Shown here: positions 51,127 to 64,000 of the stretch, piece after piece
Position numbering within the stretch: position 1 is the stretch's first letter
Layout of the letters: each line of letters starts with the position of its first letter
Source of the DNA: Tubiluchus corallicola
Taxonomy: Eukaryota > Animalia > Priapulida
NCBI GenBank assembly: GCA_030141605.1
Contig: JAQGDQ010000199.1
Coordinates: forward strand, 272,783-336,782
DNA length: 64,000 nt
Direction of reading: 5' to 3'
The notes under the pieces: model-generated
Databases searched by the model: none
Seen by the model: the letters and a program-made list of their open reading frames with translations, nothing else
What the model was told of the DNA's origin: nothing
Program-made: the position numbers and the translations under genes

Positions 51127-53159
51127 TCCGTATGTACAAGAAGACTTAGGTGATATAGTTAGGCGGTAAATGCTTTTCTGTTTTATGCTAGTATCTCTAT
51201 TGAGAAGAAAATCTTTTACTAAGCCCAAAATATTGTCAGTGTCTCCTGATGTCATTAGCTTTAACAGCATTCTTATTAAATTTATGCAGTTTATTTGCAA
51301 TTCTTTATCCAATTTATTTGTGTTTAATAAGATTTAAAAAAGTTTTATCTTCATCCTCTCCTTTTCTTGGGTGCTTTTATTATAGTTTTACTGTTTTATA
51401 TGTATGTATAATGTATTTAGTACTAATGTGTGCAAATTTTGCGTAATAGCTTTTTTAACTCATTGAATAAATAAATAATGTACTACAACTACACCCCTCC
51501 AGTCAGCACACTTCTAGCTGATCCAGAATAAATCATTGAGCCGTACTTTAACTTGCAGATAAACATTAAGCTTTATTTTCGTATTTCAACACCAGCTTCT
51601 CTTTACTTATGTTCACTAAGTGTAAATTGTTTCTAGATTGTTACATTCAACTAGGTAGTACTATTTGTTAGTTTAGGGAATGTTAGCCCCCCCCCTGGGT
51701 TAGATTTCGGTACGTTCATGACACAGATTTCAGCGACACGATATATGCAACTTGAATTTGGTTGGTAAAACTGCGTTTTTACGTTTTACCTGATTGTCCA
51801 TTAGCTGACGTTTGAAAAGCTAATGATCTTTTTATGGTTGTGGAAGATGTCCACTCATTGGTTTACATTTTACATGGCTTTGCTGATCTTACAATGCCGG
51901 GAAGATGTCGTTTCGGATCATGTGAGAGCACCTTGGAAATGTGCCCAGCTCGATAGTCCATTGCATGGGACGGAGAACTCGTCACCGCCCGGGTAGGAAC
52001 TTTATGCCAATAAACCGGAAGGCAAAGGTACCTGTTTATTTACGTTATCGTTAATTGGCGCCAGAGGGAGAACTTGTTTTGATGTGAATTTCCGAACGCA
52101 TGTGTGCCTACAGCTCCGTTCACGCGTCACCCTTTTGATAGACTTACGTTGAACATTTAACTACGTTTCTCTCAGACTTTTTGCGTTGTTACCGTGGGAG
52201 TCGTGAACCCGTTGATGAAGTCTGAACCATACTTTAGTCGTTCTAAAGGACTATGACCACAAACTACACTTGTCTGGAGAAGATATTATGCTAGCGTACA
52301 CATTTTGGGGTGGCTAATAGAGTAAGTAGGAACCCTTTAAATAGTTAGGAACACTGTACGATTTTTGTATGTTTTGCCATTGCATTTATTTCATACCATG
52401 TTGTTTAGTAGCGTTTTCAGATTTACTTTTGCTTATTACTAATTTCCATTGTTTACAAAAAGCTCAATTACACAACTGCTTTTGTTTGTGTCATTAAACT
52501 TAATATTTTGTTATTTATTCAACTGGTTACAGTTTGATTTTTGAGGTATAGATAGAAAGCCTGTTTTTCATCCATCACACCACAAAAGAATCCATGCTAT
52601 TTAGGTAGAGCCCCTATTTAGGTCTGCCTACGCTCAGCTATTGTCTGTTTCCTTTAGTGGGCAGTCGGTTAGTACCCCTAGCTCGGCCAAGGAACTGATC
52701 GAACTTAGCAGCGACTACCATTAATTGGCCCCTGTGGTCTGCCCCCTGTATGCACGGGCCATTGCAATCAGCATATAAATGCTATTCAGAACAAAAACAA
52801 TATTAAAACCTATAAAGAAATTTTATCTTTCGAAGTCAAAAAACCTGCAGCAAGATTTATATATGGTAAATGCTAGCGTATTGCATAAAAAGTGATGTTA
52901 AATGAAAATCATATTGGCAGTGAGCAGCTTAGGCTGCTAGAATTTCGATGATCATCCATACCATTGTATTGTAAACAATCACCAAAACCTCCACACATGT
53001 GCCGGTATATTTTACTTTGGGGTAATTATCCGATTTTAAAAAACTGTGTGGGCCTCTCTTCCCCCGAGACCCTAACAGTAAAATAATTGGTATAGTGGTT
53101 GCGTTAAAGTCTATTTATTATGGTGGTTAAAGCTGCTTGCTGGTTATTGTTCTTTATTG

Positions 53160-53434
53160 TGTGGCGTGTGGGACAGCCACGATGGGCATGGCAAACTATC
53201 AAGACTTTATTTAATAAACTACACATTTATTAAACAACAACCACAACACGGTAAATATAATAGGATAGTAATGCCAGCCCTCCGTCGTCAAGTCTGTTCC
53301 TAATCTCCCCCGAGGTGCGGGCCTCAAAACACTTTTGTCTAACTACCTAATGCGCCATGAGCTTCTGCGCATAAGGATTACATCATCAATCTTTGCTTCT
53401 GAGTCAGCCGGTCGAACATCCTCGCTACGCCACA
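53160..53434. mobile_element. Possible solo LTR
   Basis: TG..CA termini tgtggcgt/acgccaca with internal poly(A)-signal-like sites; no TSD found. Confidence 0.3.
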
Positions 53435-55012
53435 CCTAACTAAGCTTCTCGTCACGACGATAATTTAATCTTGCATCGTCAAGCATTTAATCTTGAATTA
53501 TTAATTTAATAATTTAATCACCAATTTAATCAAAATCACTATTTAAAACAGCTTTCTTTTACTCAAAGCACGCGCTTAATAGACTGGTTTCTTTATGCAA
53601 TTTATTTGCGTGATAATCGTGTTTATACAGTTCTTGTAATGTATTCATAAATATGTAATCATCTATGTAAACAAATCAGATGATCTATAACTAAGCCGGC
53701 TTTGGTTACTAAAGAAAGGGTAATTTAAGAGCCTCGGACCTCCAGCGCTTCAAATACCTTCAAATTCCACCCTTTCTTTACACTACGCATATGGCTTCGG
53801 CAACTGTTTGAAGTTCATCGCGACTGTTTCACACCTGCAACAGCCGGCGTCAAGTTAAGTTGAAATTTTCTATTACAATACTTACAAATGTGCTAATGTT
53901 TAGAAAGTCGTTATTTTCATAAAACGTGCAGCAATTGATTTATTTATATTTTACAAATTTTTAACAGAATGAACTACTAATGTACACACTAATGTCTGGA
54001 CTTGATGTTTGGATTGGAGCACTCTTAGTCATCACGTGGGTGAGATGGGTCATGATTGCTACATGGGTTATGAAGAACATTTAGATTAAGAAAATATGCA
54101 AAATTGAATTGTTGGCGAATGTGCTGATATTAATGATCATTTAAATACGTGTTGACTATAAATACAATGATTAATACAAAACTGTATTAAGTACTTAATA
54201 CATTAACTCCGTAATTAATGTGAAATGGGTAGAAAATATACAATGTTGAACTGTGAGCGATAGTGCTGATATGGCTGATAGTTTGTCTAGAAATTAATGT
54301 TGAATTTGTCAAACTTGTCCTGTATCCCTCATTCTGGGTTGCAAAACAGGTGCTGAAATGGCAAAACTCACCTGTACACACTGCCACTAGACCTCGGAAC
54401 AATTACCTGCGCGGCTCGTTTATATCTGGTATTCTATGCGTACACGCAATGGTTTCATAATGGATCGGACCATTACAATGTGGAGGTGGGAGATGAAAAT
54501 AAACGGCTTTTCGACGCCGTCATAACATTTTGTAAAAGGAAGGACTAGCGGCTTAGGAGTTTATAAGATGATATAAAACAATAAATACGATAACGTTTAC
54601 GCAAGCTATCATTAGGCAAATATATTTACATAAGATACATAAAATATTCACATTGAAAATTATGACAAGAAATGGGTCAAAAGAAGAATGAATTCATATT
54701 TTTTCAGTTCTGAAAGTGAGTAAAAATTGGTGGTATTGGATGTCTGCAGTAGAAATTTTATTAGCAAGATTCTGACCGATGGCACTGAAGTAAGAATTTA
54801 ATTCTTCTGCAATTTCTGCATCATTGGTAACAGTATTATTATCAACTTTTAATTTAATTAGACATATTGAATAATCGTTATATATTAACTATTTCATGGT
54901 GGGGACCTAGGAACGGTTAACGTGGGCTGATAGTCGGGCCACTGGTTTTAGAACAGTGACAGCCCAGGACTCCGTCCTGGTGATAAAAGAGGGTAGCGAA
55001 GCGCTCAGAAGC

Positions 55013-55730
55013 CGAGATGCTCCTGACGTCTTGTATTTGTGCGAGCCACTAGTAACTGTATCAGGGTTTCAAAGAAATGATCTCACACCCTGGAGGGTCA
55101 TCCAGCACCTTTAAAAAAATGAAACTATATCTCAGGAAATAAAAGTGATCAGGAATATTGCCACATGTAATTATGCCGACGTTGCTTTTATGAATAGGAA
55201 CTGGCAGTAACTGGGCTGGGTAAACTGATTCCTTGCCCACAGCAGAAAATTAGCTTCAACTGCTAACTGTGACCGCACATTTGAGACAGTGCAAATAATC
55301 AACTGTGGTCATTCTATAACCTCAATGACAGAAGAGGTACTCAGTAGGATATGTGCAAAACACAAATTTCATGTTGTCAAAACTGTGCAGTTGCACATTG
55401 AAGATCTGCTCCTATTGCTTGAAGGACAATCCACCACCAAAATCATTTATTTAATCAGATATCTCAGACAGGTGTTTACTTCAAACAAGACACTGGGATT
55501 TGGGAAAGTTAACTATACCGACGAAGAGTTGCATGCGGACATGTTAGAACATGCGGCATTCGTACAGCAATGCTGAAGGACATCCTACAAACAATCATGG
55601 TGATTGTCAGACATGAGGAACTTTCGACATAAAAAATTCGAAGGTGTGACAAAAGAGACCATGAATTTCGCTGGGCTTTCATATAGCCAGCATATAACGG
55701 AATTCTTAGAAAGGATGTATCTAGAAAGGA
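55013..55730 (+). pseudogene. CHST1-7 (Gal/GlcNAc-6-O-sulfotransferase)-type pseudogene
   Basis: One frame reads PDVLYLCEPL...IATCNY...C..HVVKTVQL...KIIYLIRYLR (RDPR site) with three in-frame stops before 55290, then a frameshifted IVRHEEL (RYEDL site). Confidence 0.72.
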
Positions 55731-55799
55731 TGCTCTTTCGTGTCTAAGTGCAGCTCAAAATTGTTTTGAAGTTTTGAATAATTGCTGTACCAAATGGAG

Positions 55800-56290
55800 A
55801 TTAAAAATTCATGCACGCCTTAATAAAACCGAAACCTTATTAATTGGTGCGTGGTCCAACTACCCTATTCCACCGAATCTCAAAGTTGGTCTTGATGTAT
55901 GTGGAAGAGAGGACTGTACTCTGGTTAACCATCGATAATAAATTAAAGCTTACAAAATATGTTAACAACATTCGCAGGAGGGCTTGCAGCCAGTGGATCA
56001 ATATAAAAAATAAATGTCGAAAACTTAGTGGATAAAACTTACCTACAATAGTATGTTTGTTTACAGCTACAGCTTTACCAATACTTTTGTATGCTTCAAC
56101 GGCGTGGACGAGAAAGAAGCACACAGGTATTTTATATGACTCTATGAAGGTTGCAACCTGTTCTACTTTCACCGAGCCATATACAAATTGGAGTTAATAT
56201 GCGATTTACCGCCTCTCGATATGCAAGTTAATATTATTGCTGTAAAGCTTTTTCGGAAAGTACTTTCATGTGATAAGTGACTTGTTTAGA
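55800..56290 (+). mobile_element. Degenerate LINE ORF2 C-terminal fragment
   Basis: VLWLTIDNKLKLTKYV...LPILLYASTAW...LELICDLPPLD. Confidence 0.65.
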
Positions 56291-58810
56291 GCAAAAATGT
56301 TTGGGAATCACATTTATTCATCGACATACAGACAATGCTACAGACTCTCGGTAAAATACCATTATTTTGGCAAATATGAAAAGATTTATTGGCAGTTTAA
56401 GGAATATTCGATCGCTTTTCTCGCACTTGGAGAACTTAGCAATTGATAATTTTAGATACAATAGGAGGCATACGTCTGACTTTCTGGCCCATCTGTCGGA
56501 AAACAGATTGCTGTGCGCAGGCGCAGTTGCTGTAGGTCAAAGGTTAAGTGAACACAGCGCGTGTTACTTAATTACCACAGTAAGGTAACCTAACGTACGT
56601 AACTATATGTAGGTGAAATGGGTGAAACACATGGTTACTTTTATTCTTATACTACGTTTTGAACTAACATAATATTCTTATTCGAAAACAGTTAGAAAAA
56701 TACAAACAACAACAATCCACATAAATATGAAATAATTGAAGCGAAAATTAAAGCCAAGAAGTGTTACTGTTAACAGTGGCGTGGACCAAGCAAATGCTTT
56801 ATTTGGTTCAGATGACGTTGTTAGGTTCACTTAAAGTTTGACCTTTTCACTATCATCATCAGTCGCTGAAACTGTGAAAAGGCTTATATCCTTCCGTTCT
56901 TTTTACATGTTAGCGAAATAGGACACAGTTTGACATTAATTGCATAAGTCTTCCGCTGACTAAGTCATATAGACAAATTGAAACAACTGCTATTAGTTTC
57001 TTATCTGGTTAGGGTAAATTTAACAATTTTTTGTGCAAAATAGGACAGTTGGATAATCCACTTTGTCAGTTTGGCGAAGAGCCAGACCCTGGGCACGTGC
57101 AAGCTGCTGGATTGACAGCAGTTTGTAGACAGGTTTGGCCAGAGTGTTCTACATTGGATTTATACAGCTAAAGATCAGGAAACCATTCAAGCTTTTGTAA
57201 ATTTACTAATTTTTGAAAATTTTTGTCATGAAATTTTTGTTTACTGAAACTAAATTGTGTTCAAGTGTCTGTTCCCCTTGTAAATAAAGTTTGCCAAAGT
57301 TAAAAATTTCAATTCCACAAACAGTACAATCATATTTAATTCTTTACTGGTTGGAATGTCACTAACTTTGCTAATCAATAATAATTCTAATTGTATATTG
57401 TAAAGTGTGGTTAAATGGGTTCACTATTTGTTGATAAAATTTGGATGTATACGGTAATTACTGAATGTGTAATGAGCAGTTTTGTATATAGTACTAGTAA
57501 AGTTCATGTAGTAAACGGGAAAGTGATTTTCCAGAAATTTGTTAGTTATAGCACTGTATTTATTTAGTCTACTTACGAAAATTAATACTTCTCGAATTTA
57601 TCAACCTGCAAATAGAGGCCTTGTTTGTGTGACGGGAACACAAAAGAATCTCCTTCATAGCATACGGTGTTCTCAGGAATCTTTATTTCTGTATATATAT
57701 AAAAAATGAAAATAATAATTTTGACTGCTTCACTGCTTACAAATGTATAATGATCTAATTATTATAATTTAAGATAATAAAAAAGTAAATACTACTCACA
57801 TCGTGCGGCTATAACAACTTAATACATCCTTGGAACGTCATACTGGTTTACAGCAAATCAGGTAGAGACGCTACAAATAATTACTTGAACATTTATCTAA
57901 ACATTATTTAACGTTTGCTGAGGCTTCTGTGAGCGTGTTTAATGAGGCTCAACCTAATTTACAACTTCACAGGTATAATTACAGGTAAGTTCACATAGGT
58001 GCTGCCACCTACATGTTAAGGCCAGAAACTGACCTTAACAGTTTGTATGTACGAATTTTGTATATATATATTTACGAAATAAAGAATTATCATCACCATC
58101 ATACTGATTATATTCAGGTTAACTTGATGCTAGTTATTGCCTACAGTCAGTGATCAAACGTTGCTGTAGGATCGACATCTGACGCTTGTTTGACTTTTTA
58201 AAGCTGTCTCCAGAAAACATAGCCAGAAGTGTCCTTGTAATTTATAAGTTTTCTATGCATTTATTTTTAAAGAATCTGTATTTTCTTTGTTTTAGACTTT
58301 TAAAATTCTTGTCAATGCCATTACGCTGTTTTCTTGCTTGATGTGCAGGAAGTTTGGTTAGAAGTTTAGACAGTGAATGTACTTTGTTTCACATTGACGC
58401 GCATTCACTGTCCAACCGAACCTTGCTTCTCGGTTAATTTCTATAATTTTCTGAGTTAGGATTACGTTTCTAGATTGTAAATTTGATATTTTAAGTATTT
58501 CAGCGCAGGATGATGTAAAAATGCTGATTGGTTAAGGTGGTCTGGGATTGGAAGTAGCCATAGCGCAGCATACAACGAATTTATAGCTCTGCTGTGAACA
58601 GAGATGTCTCAATTCTATGGGAATGGTTTAAAGGTTTGTTGCTTTACATAAGTTACGTATATCTAAGAAAGAAAACCTTATGTGAACATAGCAAACCGTT
58701 CTGGTCAGCAAATTTATCAACGCTGTCACAGCGGGTAGGAAAATGTAAAAAAAGAGAGTTTTTGAGATATCCAACTCCTGAAAACAAAGTACTTTATGTG
58801 TAGAAGCCGA

Positions 58811-59211
58811 AAGTAAAATTAATTTTGTTGTATAGTGGATAGTGCGCTGTATTGGTTGTATGTAGCTGCTTATTGATGCTTGAGGAATGGCAAAGCTATG
58901 AAGAGTCTGATTATAAAATGACACGTTTATTAAACATCAACACAGTAAATATAATAGATAGCAATGCCAAAAGCCCCTGTCCTAACGGCTGTCTGTACGC
59001 TCCGGCTCCCAGACTCATTCTAAGACTGATTCCTTGAACTGGAGGCCTCGCGCACTTTATATATCGTGTGCGGTGCCTCGGCACCTCAATTCCTGGATCA
59101 CCTAATCATGTGACACCACTCCTTAACTGGCTTCATCATACTAGCATCGATCAGCATAATTATTTATCATAATCTATTGCTTTTAACATAATTTAACAGG
59201 TTCTCTTTACT
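58811..59211. repeat. Left arm of an approx. 400-bp inverted repeat; right arm 61569-62431
   Basis: Reverse-complement match along the whole arm once the piggyBac insert is removed. Confidence 0.9.
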
Positions 59212-59800
59212 CCAAACAAAAGTTTGACGATGCTTTAAGCGAAGAGGCAAACAGTTGGTTAAGGACAGGCTGAAAACCAAAACTCGCAACAAGGTAAAAA
59301 TTTATAAACGAGTTTTTGTGAAATTCGAAAGCAAAGCAAACGCAGAAATTCTGATATGCAACAACGAATTTGTAGTTAAAGAAGAACAAAAAGCAGAGCT
59401 GTTTTTAAGCCGTTTTTCTGTGGGGACCATTTGTCAAATGAATCCTTTGGTGATTTCAAAAGGGATATTGAAGTTAGGCTACGAGAAATAAATAAAAACT
59501 CGTCAAATGAAAACGAAATACTCACCATTAACGCTCCGAGAATTAGATAACATCATTAGGGCATTGCGAACGACCAACAAATCGTCGGATAATGACGTCA
59601 TACATCTGGCGAAACTCGTGGCTATCAGCATGGTAAACTTAGCTTCAGAAACTGTAACATGGCCATGGAATGCTGCTAAAGTAAGAATTATGAAGAAAAA
59701 GGATAAAATAGACTACAGTACCCCAAATTATTATCATGTAGTTGCATAATTGCTGTTTCGACTTACATTGGCAAACTGGTAGAACGTCTTTTAACCTGTA
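59212..59800 (+). mobile_element. Degenerate LINE ORF2 fragment (linker and RT N-terminus)
   Basis: EQKAELFLSRFS...PLTLRELDNIIRAL...SSDNDVIH...WNAAKVRIMKKKDKIDYSTPNYY. Confidence 0.7.
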
Positions 59801-61329
59801 GACTAAAACAACGTCTTCTGTCAGGTAACCTCCTTTATCTGGTGCCATTTTTTCAGAGCCGTTTTTACCGTGCCATTTTTTCAGACTTAATTTCGCTACT
59901 TAGGCTTTCTTTTTCCAATGCTAGCTGATGCTTTTGTTCTTATAACGGTTGCTTCCTTGTCTTTCTCTTGTAACTTCATGACATGCTCACGCTGTATTTT
60001 GTTTTTTGTCTCTGATCTATCTGCCTCTAGTCTTCTATTTTGTGGTTCAATCTTCGTGTTCGTGTCGCTCACGGTAGCAGTTGTTTTTGCTTTTTCGTGC
60101 TGATTTCGTTCCATTTTCTTCCCGTTTTCTGTTTGTTCTGTTACTTTTTCCTATTCGTAACTGGATGTGCTGTCCTTTTTTGCATTCATTTCACTCTCTT
60201 CTTCATTTGCTGCTGGATTTATTGGCGAAATGCAGCTATCCGTTGTTATTACGTTTTCTTCATCATAGTTTATGTTCATTGTGCTGTATTGGTTATTGTG
60301 CATGCAGTTTTATATTGATTTTCCACAGCAATGTTCAGAAGTTTGCCAAGCTTCTCTCTACACCGTTAGGATACCATCCGCCATTTATTAGCTGGGTACC
60401 TGTTCCGCTATATATGTTAATTCTGGTAGTTTTTAAAGACGGTCACCTTGCAGCTAATGGCGATGCGATTAGATGTTTCGTTCACTTCCGTTTGTAAGCA
60501 TTTACTAGATTGTTTGATAATTATTAGCACTTTTTCATAATTTTCAGTATTTCTATTTTTCACTAGACTTGACGTTTTGCAAAACCAACGAGGTAGACAT
60601 TATATTTTCTAGAATTCATCCTATTTAACTTAGTTCGCGCAGAGCAATTTGAGCTTATAAAATTTTCTTAACGGATGTTTGCATAAGCGGTATTTAAATT
60701 TGTTTTGCAAAGTTTGGAAGGTCTTATTTGCATTTCAAAACTTTTTTCCGAACTATAGTATAGGGCATGCTGAAAGGCCCGATATACTAAAACACTTCCA
60801 GCTGGCATATTTGAATTACAGTGCATTATGTTGTTTAATTTATACATTTGCTATTTGGTTTAAATTCTATTCCGACTAACTTTAAAAAGACTTGAATCAT
60901 TTAATAATCGTATATGTACCGTTCATTCATAACAAGCCTTTTCACTATTCGTTGTGCGCACGCGCACTTGCTGCAGGTCAGAGGTTAAGTGTATCACATA
61001 AACGTGTCTTAACTACAACCGTCACATGACATATGTGTAAAGCAAAGCTGTGTGCTGTATCAGTTCAGTAACTTCAGTTGTTTTACAAAGGCTTTGCTTA
61101 ATTTTACGTTAGTATGTGCGTAGAATAATTTACTAACCGGATCATGCTTGGGAACGAGAAAAAATGCACTAGGCAAGGTTCTAGATAGTTGTTAACTATT
61201 ATAGATAACTGTTACTATTACAATAGCTGCACATACAATTAGGACTGACAATATCACCAATGGCATCCTTGCAACCGTGTTTGTTGAGATTATAGTTCAG
61301 CTAAGAAAATCCCACACTCAGACGCGTAT

Positions 61330-61560
61330 GAAAACTGCTATATGGTCTAGTATCATGCGAATAATAAGTTGATCTCGTGAAAAATTGAGATGCTTCTTTA
61401 ATTGCTTGGAAAAAGCACTGAGGGTAGGAATTGACTTTATTAGACAAGAGTGTAAATTATTTTTCCATTCTAACACGGTTGCAGGGAAGAAAGATGACTG
61501 AAAGTAATTGCTGCGAACTTGATATAAAGATAAGTTATCACGGTTTCTCAATAAATATGC
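61330..61560 (-). mobile_element. CR1-like LINE 3' fragment
   Basis: RSNYFQSSFFPATVLEW.NNL...TLSAFSKQL. Confidence 0.65.
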
Positions 61561-61568
61561 AGATACAT

Positions 61569-62431
61569 AGTAAAGAGAACCTGTTAAATTATGCTAAGAG
61601 CAGTGGATTATGATAAATAATTATGTTGATAGATGCTGGTATGATGAAGCCAGTTAAGGAGTGGTGTCACGTGATTACGTGATCCAGGAATTGAGGTGCC
61701 GGGGCACCGCACACGATATATAAAGTGCGCGAGGCCTCCAGTTCAAGGAATCAGTCTTAGAATGAGTCTGGCAGCCGGAGCGTACAGACAGCCTTTAGGA
61801 CAGGGGCTTTTGGCATTGCTATCTATTATATTTATTGTGTTGATGTTTAACCCTTTCAGTCCCAAATTATTTTTTAACAAGAAAAAATTTTTTGGCTTGG
61901 TACTTTTGTTCAGTATGTCCATCTTGTTTACACATAATAATTATTTTTTCTACCTGTGCCCGCGTGCTAAATATAGCCTGTATCCCACCGGATACATTGG
62001 GATTCAATGGAAACATAAAATGTACTTCATTTTGCAACTGCTGATAATTTTTAAAAGTATTTAAGACATTTAGTATGCATGTTATACTGAGCTGTACAAA
62101 GTTGTCTCTAAAGTACTGTACCTTGCGCAGTTTTTTATGCTATGTAGATTTTCTAGTTTGCCATTTTATCAGCATTTTTAGTCTATTGTTATTGGCTTAA
62201 ATCAAAATAACTTTTAACAGATCAAATAACTGTCAGTTTTAAAATTTTATTAATTTTAAAGGCAGAAAATATTCTCGTATCCCATGGGATACAACGGGTA
62301 TGAAAGGGTTAATAAACGTGTCATTTTATAATCAGACTCTTCATAGCTTTGCCATTCCTCAAGCATCAATAAGCAGCTACATACAACCAATACAACGCAC
62401 TATCCACTATACAACGAAATTAATTTTACTT
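61569..62431. repeat. Right arm of the inverted repeat, interrupted by a piggyBac-type element
   Basis: Matches 58811-59211 in reverse orientation. Confidence 0.9.
61851..62308. mobile_element. Non-autonomous piggyBac-type element (458 bp)
   Basis: TTAA-ccctttca...tgaaaggg-TTAA; the left arm shows the empty single TTAA site near 58930. Confidence 0.88.
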
Positions 62432-63133
62432 ACATCCCTATTATTTTGCGGTAGTAATTCGTATAAGAACGAAGGTGAAATATGATTTACAATTTTATGA
62501 AAGGTGCTTAATCGATGAAATGTGCGCCTTTTATGCAAGTGGTCAAAGCCAACTTCAAACAATAGGTTTTCAGAGCTTCTGTCTTCATGGCCTTGGATGT
62601 ATTACAAACTGTGATGTATTGAAAATATGTCAGCTACCAGAACTTGATCACGTGTTGTGATAACCTAAATTTGACTTGTAATAGTCAAACAACTGAGTAC
62701 CGTAATTCAAATTATGGTTGGAAATCAGACAAGTTTATTGTTGACACCACACTAGAACTGTCATGGTTGTCTTGATGTTATTGTCACGTGATTAGGACAC
62801 CAGATTAAGTAATCAAAATTGAAGGACGACGGTGGTCGGAAGTCTCTGTCATGGCGTAGTCACTTGTGTGTGGATACCGCCGCTGGAAGTCATCCAGAAA
62901 GAACCTTCGTAATGGTGCAGCGAGAAGACTTTATTTCTTGTAGTTGCTTTACAAGCAATCCCAGTTATTTCAAGTTCTGCTCCATCAAACGCGCCGACTA
63001 GGCCAAAGGTTTATTTTCCTTGGCCTGCTACAAGCTGAGCATTAGTTTCTTATTAAAACGATCCTTGATACTGATACCTTGATACGTTAGGAAATTGTGT
63101 AATGTTGCAGTGATGATGAAAAATTAATATCTA

Positions 63134-63185
63134 TTATTATTGTTATTATTATTATTACATTATTATTATTATTACTATTATTATT

Positions 63186-63253
<68 letters not shown>

Positions 63254-63271
63254 TACCATCATTATTATTAT
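63134..63271. repeat. Compound (ATT)n/(CAT)n microsatellite
   Basis: Direct reading. Confidence 0.95.
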
Positions 63272-63775
63272 TCGTACATTAATACAACACAATCACACAG
63301 TACATTAGTAGTAGTCCTCTTACAAATACAATTAGTTACATATTTACGATGCATTGTACACAAATTATAACAACAGAAAAACAAAACAATAAAAAGACGA
63401 ATTGAAACAGATCGACGAAATTATGTAGTACTTGAATTTTGGCTGAAACAAAATTATTATAATTGTCATACTACATGTATTTGGAACTATATTTCAAATT
63501 TTTGGTGTGATTAACGAATGCATTTGGTTCGTTAATGCTTTAGTAATTTGTTAAAAACTTTCAGTAAATCTGTCATTTAGGCTTGTTAAATAACTGTTCA
63601 ATGACATCTGCTTGAAGTAATGAAACAGAGATACAGTTACTGGACTGAACGAGCTGGCAGAGTAATTGGTTAAAGACCTATATAATCCTAACAGACACTG
63701 AAGTTTTTTTAACGCATTATTGTGATTACACAAAGAGTACATAGGTATTGTTAAACAAAAGAGATTTATGAATTA

Positions 63776-64000
63776 CCGTATTTTCCCGTGTATAAGAGAC
63801 CCTTGTGTATAAGAGACCCCTTCAATTTTTAGGCAAAAATTCTGGAAAAAAGTTTTTTCAGACGGACATTTTTAGAGGGTAAAGTACAACTTTTTTCAAC
63901 TCAGTGCGGTACTGAAAACAAAATAAAACCAGTTAATGTGTTGTAGAAAAAGAGTACTGGTATATATTAAAGTGCGTACCTGCAAACCTGTAACAGGAAA
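63776..64000 (+). mobile_element. Left end of a probable Tc1/mariner-type element
   Basis: TA followed by ccgtattttcccgtgtataagagaccc with a repeated gtgtataagagaccc motif; the other end is not in the window. Confidence 0.5.

Noticed and set aside
51681-52710. Possible LTR
   Set aside because: Termini are imperfect, with no TSD and no second copy.
61745-61795. Possible hammerhead ribozyme (Penelope-type) in the inverted arm
   Set aside because: The CUGANGA and GAAA core motifs are absent.
63140-63370. Poly-Tyr/poly-His ORF
   Set aside because: Translation of a trinucleotide microsatellite.

Overview
AT-rich animal genomic DNA, probably invertebrate, with spliceosomal introns, microsatellites and degraded transposons. 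By reading GT/AG sites and phases by hand I assembled a complete 24-exon minus-strand gene (33230->8196, 4497 nt, about 1498 aa). It encodes a receptor-type tyrosine phosphatase-like protein: signal peptide, 5 WSC domains, a laminin-type EGF, 4 FN3, 2 EGF, a TM helix, an ITAM-like/Tyr-motif juxtamembrane region and one D2-type PTP domain that looks catalytically impaired (KNRF, WPL, QCLDGAQR). A tandem paralog about 29 kb away starts at 4695 and runs off the left edge; its WSC exons differ from the full gene mostly at amino-acid-changing sites. The right half holds three glycan-modification loci: a CHST8-14/HNK-1-type sulfotransferase, a GT92 glycosyltransferase and a CHST1-7-type pseudogene. 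It also holds LINE fragments, hAT, piggyBac and TA-flanked non-autonomous elements, and a long inverted-repeat structure. All exon calls and counts are manual and have no transcript or database support.
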